DNA of 64,000 nucleotides, taken from assembly GCA_963833985.1 (NCBI GenBank), contig CAWIAD010000002.1, forward strand, positions 5,760,001 to 5,824,000. The letters run 5' to 3'. A program made the position numbers and the translations under genes. Shown here in pieces: positions 31,370-40,493 of this stretch (its first letter is position 1; each line of letters begins with the position of its first letter). This stretch comes from an uncultured Planctomycetaceae bacterium (lineage in GTDB: Bacteria; Planctomycetota; Planctomycetia; Isosphaerales; Isosphaeraceae). The notes below the pieces were generated by a model. That model was not told the origin of the DNA. It did not search any database and was given only the letters and a program-made list of their open reading frames with translations.

Positions 31370-34342
31370 TCAGGGCTCGTTGGCGTTCAGGTTGGCCTTC
31401 AGCACCCGCTCGGTTCGGTGCTTGATTTCCTTGAGGTGGGCCAGCGCGGTGTCATCGATCTTGAGATCCTTCTGAGCGATCAGCTTGTCGATCTTCTGGC
31501 CAAGCTCCTCAAGGTGCAGCCGCGCCAGGTTCTTGGCGTCCGGTGGGGCGGTTCCCGCGTTACCATAGAAGACGATATAGCGGTAGCTTTGCCCGTAGTA
31601 CGACTGGCTCTTCGGACCCAGCACCATCTCGCTGAGCCGCTTGATGTACTCGCGCTGGAGGTTGCGGCGGATGGTCGAGATGGTGAAGGGTGAGGAGCCA
31701 CTGGGGGCGGCCAGCTCGGTGAAGATACCGTCGGAGAGGACCCGGAAGATCTCGGCGATCTTGAGAGAATCCGCGCCCGGGTCGCTTTGTAGCTCCTGGT
31801 TCTGGATGCGCTGGAGCACCCCCGAGTCGAGGCACTGGTCGAGCACGATCTCCTGGATGTTGAGGATTGCCCGGAAGACCGGGTAATCATTGCTTCCGTA
31901 GGAGGAGTAGCGGCTGTCCTGCCACGCCTCGGTGATCAGCTTGCGAAGCAAGGCCGGTGAGAACTGGAACGCCTTGTCGGAAAGAATCTGCTCGGTGAGC
32001 ATCTTCAGCGCCTTGCGCTGCTTCGCCCCGTTGATCGGGGTGATGGGATCGCGTGCCTTTTCCGTCCCCTTGAAGTCGCGGTTGACCGATTGGCCGCCGA
32101 TGTATTCGGAAGCAAGGTACGCCCCGTTGCCGTACTGGCTGACGCACGAGCTGAACGCGGTGCGGAGCCGGGCCCAGGACTCGTTGTCGCGGACGACCTT
32201 CTGATCGAGGTCCTTGAGAAGCTCGGCCGCCATCGCGATGCGCTGCTTGCCGTAGGCGAGCGTATCGTTCGTCAAATCGTAGGTGTTGATCTGCGGGTCG
32301 TTGTCGCTGAAGTCGTCGTCGGTGCCGAATGCCAGGTCCGGGTCAGCGGACTTCGCGGCGATCTTCTTGAGCTCGGCCGCTTCGTCACCGTCCACGGCCT
32401 TGTAGGCGTACTCGATGGCCCAGTAATCATACGGGCCGATCGTGGTCGAGGCGTAGTCGCCCTGCTTCTGGCCCTTGGGGGCGATATTGATGGGATTGTA
32501 ATCCATCACGCTGCCGGTCATGCCCTTCACACGGGTGATCGCCGTGTCGTTGATCTGGTCGGGCCGGAGCATGACGCTGGCCTTGAAGTTGTGCCGCAGG
32601 CCCAGCGAGTGGCCAACCTCGTGCATCACCACTTCCTTGATCGCCTGGCCGAGGAATTCCTCAGGCAGCTTCGGCTCGTTGTCCTTCTTGTCCTTCTCCT
32701 TGTCCTTGTCCTTGTCGGTGTCTGCGCGAGGCCAGGGCCAGCGAGGCGAACCGCATCTCGCTCGCCTTGGCGGTCGAGTAGTTGCAAGTCGTGAGGCGTC
32801 CCTGGCTCATGCGGCGGAAGAGGTGGGCCTGCACCGGGTCCCAGCTTGAGGGAACCACATCCAGGGCCATGCCGCCGGGAACGCCGGTTCCGGGGCCGGC
32901 CACACCCTGATTGGCCAGCAGCGATTGCTGGAACAACGCCGCTCGGCGGCTGCCGGCAGGGGGAACCGGCAGTCCATAGCCCTGCTTCAGCGCCATGATC
33001 GGGCTGAGGATCTCCCCCATGGCCAGCGGCACAGCGCTGGAGGAGAAGCCGGCGCCCGCGCCGCGCCGGTCGGTATCGGCACGCCGACCAGGAACGCATA
33101 TTCCTCTTTCCAGGTCTTGATCCAGCTCGCGTCGAAGATCACGTCGCCGTCAATCATCTCGCCGGTCATGGGATCGCTGCGCAGGCCGGACATGGCGAAC
33201 GTCGACCCGGTCGTGATCCAGCGCAGGGTGCAATAATTGATGTCCTCCGGCTCGAAGTCGTCGCGCTCGTTCTGCCAGCGCACGGCCACGGCGTCCAGGA
33301 AGCCAATCTTCTCGAATGCCTTGTTCCACTCGAGGATGCCCTGCTGCACGTAGGGCCGGTACTCGACGGGCACGTTGTCCTCGATCCACCAGACGATCTG
33401 CTTCTTGGGTGGCGACAGTTTCGCCTTGGGGTCGGCCTTCTCCAGCCGCCAGCGGTTGATCATGCGCCTGGCGTCGGTTTCGGGATTGGGATTACCGTAA
33501 TCGGTCACGGAATTGAGGAAGTGACCCACCCGGTAGTCAGCCAGCCGCGGGTGATAGCCCGGGTCCGGGGCCTTGCACAGGCTGTAGTGGATCACCATCG
33601 TGATCCCGCGGCTGTCCACGATCGGCGACGACCCTCCGAAGGAATAATAAGAACCTGAGCCGAAGCCGCCCGAGAACGTCGCCTCCACCTGGATCTCGAC
33701 GTTGTTGGGGTAGGTGCGAATCTTGAACCATCGCGAGCGGTTGCGGTCCAGGCTGCCAAAGCCGACCTGGGCGAAGTCGGTCATGAAAATATCGGCGAAG
33801 TCGATCACCAGCGCACCGCCGTTCGGGCTGATGCTCAGGATCGGCAGGGCCATCAGGATCGAGTCGGTGTAGTTCTGCTTGACGGCCTTGTCCAGCGGTG
33901 AGCCGGCCGGTGCGGTGAAGTGGATGTTCTTGCGGATGAGCTGGAGCTTGTCGTCCACGCGGCGGAACATGAGCACCCACTCGTCACCGAAGTTGAGCGG
34001 GTTGCCCGCACTGGTCACGCCGCGGGCAATCACGATCGGCGCCAGGATGGGCTGCTCGAGCTGCTGCGGCTTGATCTCGGCGTAAAGATGCTGCTCCTTC
34101 TCATGCAGTGTGAAGTAGCCCTCGTATTTCTTCGAGTCCTTGGTCAGTTCGTTGAAGTCCTGGAACTTTTTCGGCTCGCCGTGTTTCGCGGCAGCCTTCT
34201 CCAGGCCGTGCAGCGCCGGACCCGGAGGATCCGCCGCCACGACCGGATCGTCCGTCCCGGAACCGTGAACGACGGGTAGTGGAACGCTCGCCAGAGCGAC
34301 GAGAAGCGCTCCGGACAGAAGCGCCGGCAACAGTCGCCTCAT
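31370..34342 (-). CDS. Secreted zinc-dependent metalloprotease (DUF5117/DUF5118/DUF4953, EcxA-like Met-zincin); frameshifts near 33060 and 32730
   Basis: AGGAG RBS and signal peptide; PRLADYRVGHF, INRWRLEK, GILEWNKAFE, HEVGHSLGLRHN, SVMDY Met-turn, GPYDYWAIEYAY spread over three ORFs. Confidence 0.9.
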
Positions 34343-34656
34343 CTTCGTATCTCCTGATTGTCTGCCGCATCTTGGCCTGCGATGGATGGCTCGCGAGGAT
34401 TGACAGGGATTACCGAGATGCTAGCCCCTTTGTAGTCTCCGCAAGTCGCATCTTCGACAAACTCGAGGGCTCGTACAAGAGTCACGCGAATTTTTTCGGT
34501 GTCCTGCGGGGTGCAGCGAGATGCCACCTGGCCGGAACCTTACTGGCTCTCTCGGACGTGGTAGAATGCGAGATCCATCCGGCGGCAGCTACTGAGGCTG
34601 CCGGCGCCTCTTTTCGAGCCCGGCCGTTCCGGGCAGATCACGATGAACGCAAGCCA

Positions 34657-35271
34657 GTGAAAAATAAACTGAAATGGATGGCGATCCTCGTGCTCGTCGT
34701 GCTCGGCCCGATCGTGCTGGCCCTGAGCCTGTCGCGAGGTTGTGGTGACGCGGCTCTACCCGCGGTTGATCCGGCGGCCTCGCGACTTCGCCTGACCAGT
34801 GCCGCGTTTCCGGAGGGAGGCACGATCCCCCGGGAGTTCACCTGCGACGGTCCGAACCGGTCGCCGCCCCTGGAATGGACCGGCGTACCCGAATCGGCCC
34901 GCTCGCTGGTGCTGCTCTGCGATGATCCGGACGCCCCGGCAGGAGTCTGGTCGCACTGGGTGCTCTACGACCTGTCGCCGCGCATCACCTCGCTCGACCC
35001 GGGGATCTCGCCGGATGTCATGCCGACCCTCGAGCCCAAGATCGTGGTCAAGCAGCCCAGGTTGTTCTTCGAGCAGGGCATGAATGATTTCGGCAAGATC
35101 GGCTACGGGGGACCGTGTCCACCTTCGGGCTCGCACCGCTACGTCTTTCGACTTTACGCCCTTGATCAGATCACGAACCTTGCTCCCGGCGCGAACCGCG
35201 CCACGGTGCTCAGGGCCATCGAGGGCCATGTCGTGGCGGCCGGAGAGCTGATGGGCAAGTACGGGCGCTGA
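34657..35271 (+). CDS. YbhB/YbcL family Raf kinase inhibitor-like (PEBP) protein with N-terminal membrane anchor
   Basis: SPPLEW, DDPDAP...WSHWV, GMNDFG..GYGGPCPP, HRYVFRLYALD. Confidence 0.93.
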   Translation: MKNKLKWMAILVLVVLGPIVLALSLSRGCGDAALPAVDPAASRLRLTSAAFPEGGTIPREFTCDGPNRSPPLEWTGVPESARSLVLLCDDPDAPAGVWSHWVLYDLSPRITSLDPGISPDVMPTLEPKIVVKQPRLFFEQGMNDFGKIGYGGPCPPSGSHRYVFRLYALDQITNLAPGANRATVLRAIEGHVVAAGELMGKYGR

Positions 35272-35313
35272 CCCACCGCGAGCAGGGCGAAACGGAACAT
35301 GGCCACGCCGTGT

Positions 35314-36618
35314 TCAGTGCTGACCCCTGGCGATGGCGCGCAGCGTTTCGATAACTCGGTCCACCTCGTTCTCCGTCGTGTAACAGGCACAACCCAGACG
35401 GAGCAGACCGCTGGGCTCCTGACCCAGTCGCTGCACCACGGTCTGGGCGTAGAAATTGCCATGCGACGCGAAGATCCCGCGCCTGGCCAGCGCGATCGCG
35501 ACCTCGCTGGCTGGAACGCCGTCGACAACAAGAGCCAGCGTGGGGGTCCGGGCGGCGCAGGGCGGAGGTCCGAAAAGCCGAACCCCGAGGATGGCACCGC
35601 ACCCCTCCCAGAACTGCTCCAGCAGCGCGCATCCTCGCTGGTGCAGCGCTGAGTAGACGGTTCCCAGCCGCTGTCGCCGTGACGCGACCCAGTGGTCCGA
35701 TTCGCCTGCATTGGAGCCGGCCTGCTCTTGCCGATCCAGGCTCGCCAGAAAGTCCACGGCAGCTCCGGCGCCCGCGATTCCCTCGTGGTTCTGGGTTCCA
35801 GCTTCAAGACGCTCGGGGACCGTGTCCGGCGCGGGAGCGAGCTTTGTGACCTCGAGAGTGCGCAGCAAGTCCCGTCTGGCGTAAAGTATGCCAACATGAG
35901 GACCATAGAACTTGTAAGCCGAGCAGACCATGAAATCGCAGCCCCATTCCTGCACGTCCACAAGCTGGTGGGGAGCGTGGTGGACGGCGTCGACGAAGGC
36001 CAGGGCCTCCGCCTCGTGCGCCATGGCCACGGCACGCGCCACGTCGTTGATGGTGCCCAGGGCATTCGACGCGGCGCCGATCGCCAGCAGCTTCGTCCCG
36101 TGCTGATTCAGGCAGCGATCGAGGTCGTCCCAGTCGAGCAGCCCGGTCTCCGGGATCATGCGGCACTGGCGGACGGTGATTCCCCGTTCCTTTTCCAGGG
36201 CGCGCCAGGGATCGATGTTGGCGTGGTGGTCGAGCTCGGTGACCACGATGGCATCGCCGGGGCGAAGCCGCCGGCCCAGCGCCCGGCTGACGCGGAAGGT
36301 GAGCGAGGTCATGTTCGCGCCGAAGACGATCTCATCGGGCGAAGCGTTTACGAAGTCCGCCAGGGCACGCCGTGCCCTGGAGATGGCCGCATCGGTCTCG
36401 GCACTGGTGGGGAAGGCCCAGTGCGTGTTGGCGTTGTGGTGCAGCAGGTAATCCGTGATGGCGTCGGCCACGCTGCGCGGGACCTGCGTTCCGCCCGGTC
36501 CATCGAAATAGGCCACAGGGAAGTCCCTGTGCCTGCGCTCCAGGGCAGGGAAAGCGGCACGAATGTCGTCGACGGTGGCCAGGTGCGGCGCGTCCAGTCT
36601 TTCATTCCGTGGCGGCAT
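35314..36618 (-). CDS. Cysteine desulfurase-like PLP enzyme (aminotransferase class V, VC1184-type subfamily)
   Basis: YFDGPGGTQVP, LDHHAN, VDAVH, SAYKFYGPH (PLP Lys), GNFYA; start could also be 36669. Confidence 0.9.
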   Translation of the reverse strand: MPPRNERLDAPHLATVDDIRAAFPALERRHRDFPVAYFDGPGGTQVPRSVADAITDYLLHHNANTHWAFPTSAETDAAISRARRALADFVNASPDEIVFGANMTSLTFRVSRALGRRLRPGDAIVVTELDHHANIDPWRALEKERGITVRQCRMIPETGLLDWDDLDRCLNQHGTKLLAIGAASNALGTINDVARAVAMAHEAEALAFVDAVHHAPHQLVDVQEWGCDFMVCSAYKFYGPHVGILYARRDLLRTLEVTKLAPAPDTVPERLEAGTQNHEGIAGAGAAVDFLASLDRQEQAGSNAGESDHWVASRRQRLGTVYSALHQRGCALLEQFWEGCGAILGVRLFGPPPCAARTPTLALVVDGVPASEVAIALARRGIFASHGNFYAQTVVQRLGQEPSGLLRLGCACYTTENEVDRVIETLRAIARGQH

Positions 36619-36774
36619 GCCGTTACTCTCTAGAAAAAGAAGCGGACCAGCTTGATCTGGTTCGTTCATGCCCGGCTTCCGTGGCCACGACCATCACGCG
36701 CGGCATGCATCGGATACCAGTCGTATGATATCATGATGAGCCTCGGCGTGACGAGACAAGTTGGGAGCGAGCCC

Positions 36775-37064
36775 ATGATCTGTGTTGCGGTGACGTACGT
36801 GATCAAGCCCGGCCGTGAAGCCGAGGCCGCCGACCTGTTCCGGGCCATGACCGCGCAGACGCGCGCCGAGCCCGGCTGCCGTATGTACCTGGCGCATCGT
36901 TCCACAACCGACCCGCGCAGGTTCTTCCTCTACGAGCAATACGACGACCAGGCCGCGCTCGACGCCCATCGTGCCGCGCCGCATTTCGAGAAATACGTCA
37001 AGGACGGGCTCTTCCCCATCACCGAGAGCCGCGCGCCGAGCTTTTCGAGCCGCTTGCGGACTGA
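36775..37064 (+). CDS. Antibiotic biosynthesis monooxygenase (putative quinol monooxygenase) family; probable 1-nt frameshift near 37035
   Basis: TRAEPGC..Y, FFLYEQY, AHRAAPHF; restoring one base gives APELFEPLAD with stop at 37062-37064. Confidence 0.85.
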
Positions 37065-37258
37065 GACTTCACACCTGTCCCGCGGCTCATGACTCCCGGA
37101 AAACGCCATCGCTTGCATCCAATCTGGCGACATGGTAAAGGTGAGAGATTCAGTTCCGGATGCACACCCGCGTGACCGGCCGGATCGGTCATTGCGCAAA
37201 GACTGGCGCCGCTGGCTGTGAGAGCCTGGTCGCGGCCTGGGCGTGGAAGGGATCGACG

Positions 37259-38284
37259 ATGAGAGTGCGGCATGCTCTCGGATTCACGCTGATCGAACTC
37301 CTCGTCGTGATCGCCATTATCAGCGTGCTGATCGGCCTTCTCCTACCCGCCGTTCAATCAGCGCGCGAGGCAGCGCGGAGAATCCAGTGCGTGAACAACC
37401 TGAAGCAGCTTGGCCTATCCATCCACAGTTACCACGACGTCAATGGGAGCTTTCCACCCGGTCAGCTGCTATACATGAACTGGCAAGATCTATCGTGCCT
37501 GTTGCCCCTTCTGCCCTACCTCGAGCAGGCGCCGCTCTACAATGCGTTCAATTTCGCTGATGTATTTCCAATCAACGGCCTGGGGCCCGTGCTGCCTTAC
37601 TACCTACCAAACACGACAGTGGCGAGAACTCAGGTCGCAGGGTTTCTCTGTCCGTCGGATCTCAACCGGCTGGCCAACCCTGAGGGCCATAGCAACTATT
37701 GCGGCAACAGCGGGTCCACTCCCCAGGCTGCCGAGACGATCTGCTGGGCTAACGGTCCTTTCGTGGCCCCGTCACCAAACGCCGGCTACCGGGGATGTCG
37801 GGTATTCCGCATCGCAAGCGTCCGCGACGGTCTCGGCTCCACGGCCTGCTTCAGCGAGCGAGTGCTCGGGGTCGGCGATGCCAACCAGCCGGATTCCAGT
37901 ACCCCAACCTCGGCGTACTTTGAGGTCGGCGGCCCGGGTGACGTCATGAACACATCCGCGTACTATACGATGTGCAAGGCTGCTAGTCCGGATTCAACAA
38001 GCCTGGTCAATGGCCTTGCGGCGGGTATGTACTGGACCTACGGCTACCTCAGCGAGACGCGCTACACCCACATCATGACGCCCAATACTCAGAGCTGCGA
38101 GGTGGGCGGGCCCTGGTACGGAGAGCGCGGAGCGATGACAGCAGCCAGCCGCCACCCAGGAACGGTGAACCTGCTGCTCTGCGATGGCTCCGTGAAATCG
38201 ATCAATGCCGCGATCGCTGCCGCCACCTGGTGGGCCCTGGGCACGATTGCCGGCGGCGAGGTGATCTCGGCGGACGCGTACTGA
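37259..38284 (+). CDS. DUF1559 prepilin-type N-terminal cleavage/methylation domain protein
   Basis: [48 protein letters not shown]. Confidence 0.95.
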   Translation: MRVRHALGFTLIELLVVIAIISVLIGLLLPAVQSAREAARRIQCVNNLKQLGLSIHSYHDVNGSFPPGQLLYMNWQDLSCLLPLLPYLEQAPLYNAFNFADVFPINGLGPVLPYYLPNTTVARTQVAGFLCPSDLNRLANPEGHSNYCGNSGSTPQAAETICWANGPFVAPSPNAGYRGCRVFRIASVRDGLGSTACFSERVLGVGDANQPDSSTPTSAYFEVGGPGDVMNTSAYYTMCKAASPDSTSLVNGLAAGMYWTYGYLSETRYTHIMTPNTQSCEVGGPWYGERGAMTAASRHPGTVNLLLCDGSVKSINAAIAAATWWALGTIAGGEVISADAY

Positions 38285-38511
38285 TCGGGGAGAGTGTTGG
38301 AGCCGTCCACCGTTCGAGATCCCAGCGGATTCCTCGGGCTACCCACGCCTCGAGGCCCACGTGTACATGTGACCTTGTCTTATCTCCAGGCTGACCGGCT
38401 TGCACCCGGTTCCGCCTCGGGGCCACCTGGTCGAAGTCTTCGGCAACATTGGAGTAAACTGGTTCTGAGTTCACCTCCGGTCCAACTTCCAGCGTCCCCG
38501 GGATCTCACCC

Positions 38512-38736
38512 ATGAATGAATCAAACGAGCTTCTTCTCGCCATAGAGCAACTCAAGCGGTCCAACCGCCGGTGGAAGACGCTGGCGCACACCGTCTCCAT
38601 CGTGCTGGTCTCCGTCGCGTTTTTTCTGATGATTGGAGCTCAGCGGGAGCGTATGCGGGCTGAAGCCGCGATGCAGCAGTTAGCGATGGCTATGGCGGAT
38701 GAGCAGCGAGCCGCGAGTCAGGCACAGCAAAGATAA
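38512..38736 (+). CDS. Small single-TM coiled-coil hypothetical protein
   Basis: IEQLKRSNRRWK followed by a TM helix and helical tail. Confidence 0.65.
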   Translation: MNESNELLLAIEQLKRSNRRWKTLAHTVSIVLVSVAFFLMIGAQRERMRAEAAMQQLAMAMADEQRAASQAQQR

Positions 38737-38816
38737 GGTTGGCTGCTGACTCGACCTCGTGCATTGGCAATGGAGAATCAAGGCAGTATCAAGGTGGTTG
38801 AGATCACAGCCCGACC
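38737..38816. repeat. Imperfect inverted repeat (REP/MITE-like hairpin) immediately after a stop codon
   Basis: GGTTGGCTGCTGACTCGACC ... GGTTGAGATCACAGCCCGACC. Confidence 0.55.
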
Positions 38817-38906
38817 GCCTTGCCTCGCCGTCCCGGCAAGCCCCTTGATTTCATTCCTTCGCGTTCAGCGAGCTTCTCCCAGAAGTTCACACTGGAGCCT
38901 TTCCTT

Positions 38907-39260
38907 TTGACCATCATCGAGGAGCACGCGAGCAACGACGGCTTGCTGAAGTTCATCGTCTGCCGCGCGGACGATGGCGATGTGGCCATTAACTTTGAGG
39001 GCTTCGCGTGGCATACGCATACGCATGCGGATGTCCTGGCCTCGAGTTCGGGACTGAGTAAGCCAGACGCGATGCGGCGCTTCATCGACGACATGCTGGA
39101 AGACCGGGCGATCAGCGCAGTCAGCCGGGTCGATGGAGTGGCGGGAGACGTCTGCATCACCGAGGACCCGGCCTTTGAGCGACTCTACCCGTCCCGGGAC
39201 GAGACGATCGAGTTCCGTTCCTGGAGCAGCAAGTTTCGCCCCGAGACAGCACGGAATTGA
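38907..39260 (+). CDS. Hypothetical protein
   Basis: GGAG then TTG 38907; globular-looking EEHASNDGLLKFIV...WHTHAD...IEFRSW; contains a 6-bp duplication (CATACG x2). Confidence 0.65.
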   Translation: MTIIEEHASNDGLLKFIVCRADDGDVAINFEGFAWHTHTHADVLASSSGLSKPDAMRRFIDDMLEDRAISAVSRVDGVAGDVCITEDPAFERLYPSRDETIEFRSWSSKFRPETARN

Positions 39261-39766
39261 GGCTCGCCGTGTTTCTGGAGTGCGCGCCAGATCCGTTGAG
39301 AAAGTCAGGCAAAACAAGCCCCTGCCTGTTTGGGATCCAGGTCTGCGTGGGTACGGCCTGTTTCTTGATTGCCGCCGACTTCGCGGCGATTGACGGGAGT
39401 CTGGCGAGGGAACTCCATGTCCCACTCGCAAGCTTCGCAGAGCGTTCCTTCTTGTTGATTCCCATGATCGCTCTGCTGCCTTTTTTCTGGCCCCGTCAAG
39501 TTCCAGCCTGGCTGCGTGTGGTCGTCTGCGATGGGATCATTCTTGGCCTCGTTGTTCTGCCGCTGGCTGTCGTGGCCCTCGGCACGCCAAGCCTGCCGGT
39601 TTTCAATGTCCCTCCCATGTTCTCCCCGGTGCTGTATGTCGAGCCGGATGTTCCGGTCGTCTTCGCCGGTGACCACGATGGCTGGCGAGCCTATTATCCC
39701 CGTTCCCGGGACGAGCGCGTCGTTCGCGATGCCTTGCATCGTCGGGGCATCGAGGTTCGCCCGTAG
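39257..39766 (+). CDS. Hypothetical membrane protein
   Basis: Two or three hydrophobic segments; start uncertain. Confidence 0.45.
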   Translation: MRLAVFLECAPDPLRKSGKTSPCLFGIQVCVGTACFLIAADFAAIDGSLARELHVPLASFAERSFLLIPMIALLPFFWPRQVPAWLRVVVCDGIILGLVVLPLAVVALGTPSLPVFNVPPMFSPVLYVEPDVPVVFAGDHDGWRAYYPRSRDERVVRDALHRRGIEVRP

Positions 39767-39782
39767 GCGGACGCGGTGTCGG

Positions 39783-39843
39783 GCTGGGTTCCTGGCCGCA
39801 AAGAGAATTTGTGACGGTGAGGACGCATAAGCGATCCCAGCAC
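39783..39843. repeat. REP-like hairpin after a GTAG stop
   Basis: GCTGGG (39783-39788) ... CCCAGC(AC) (39836-39843); GTAG at 39763-39766. Confidence 0.35.
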
Positions 39844-39989
39844 TAGGCCGATCGGATCATGCAGCGATCGCCGGCGGAGTGGGGTCGAGACTCGATGTCT
39901 ACATGGGCCTTTTGACGCTCACTTTTGAGGAAGGGACTGAGATCCTGTCAGCAGGTCACCGACACTTCAATCGCGATTCCAGGGGACGG

Positions 39990-40446
39990 CTGATACGCGC
40001 ACTCCCGTGTACGACGTGCATCCTGGCTCTGATGCCGGTGGGGGCGGTAGCATCGGGGCGAGTGGCTCGCCGGGGTAAGGGATCGATCGACGCCCGGCAA
40101 GCTGTCCGGATCGCCTAGCGGTACGTGCGCGAAAACGGTTACTCCGAATACGTAACCGAGGATCCGTACCGCCTCGTCCCCGACACGATCGAGTTTTCAA
40201 GAGACCGCCGCGACTGGCTCAAACAGCGCCACAACACTCTGAAGCCCCGTGCTGTCGGATTCCTTGAAGGCGCGCGGAATGACCCCCGAGGGCTCCAAGG
40301 GCTGGACAGTGGGCTTCGAACTGGTGGAACCTATAGGTGATGGGAAAAAGGCAGTCGGCAGGGCGGTCACAAGGGACGCCAGAGGACGGCATCTCACGGT
40401 GCAACATATGGTCTTCAACCTGGATGTTCTTAAGCCCAGACCATAG
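39990..40446 (+). pseudogene. Disrupted secreted hypothetical protein (in-frame TAG at 40116-40118, frameshift near 40288)
   Basis: ORFs 39879..40118 and 40125..40340 share a frame (AVRIA*RYVRENGY); a +1 shift continues EGSKGWTVGFELV...VLKPRP. Confidence 0.55.
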
Positions 40447-40493
40447 ACCGATGACGCGTCCCTGAAGCTCCGCCTATTTCCGGAGCTGATCCG

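Noticed and set aside
32680..32720. TTGTCC tandem repeats
   Set aside because: They encode a low-complexity DKDKEKDKKD linker within the zinc metalloprotease.
35295..35315. Hairpin GAACATGGC-CAC-GCCGTGTTC between convergent genes as a terminator
   Set aside because: No U-tract on either side and it overlaps a stop codon; too weak to call.
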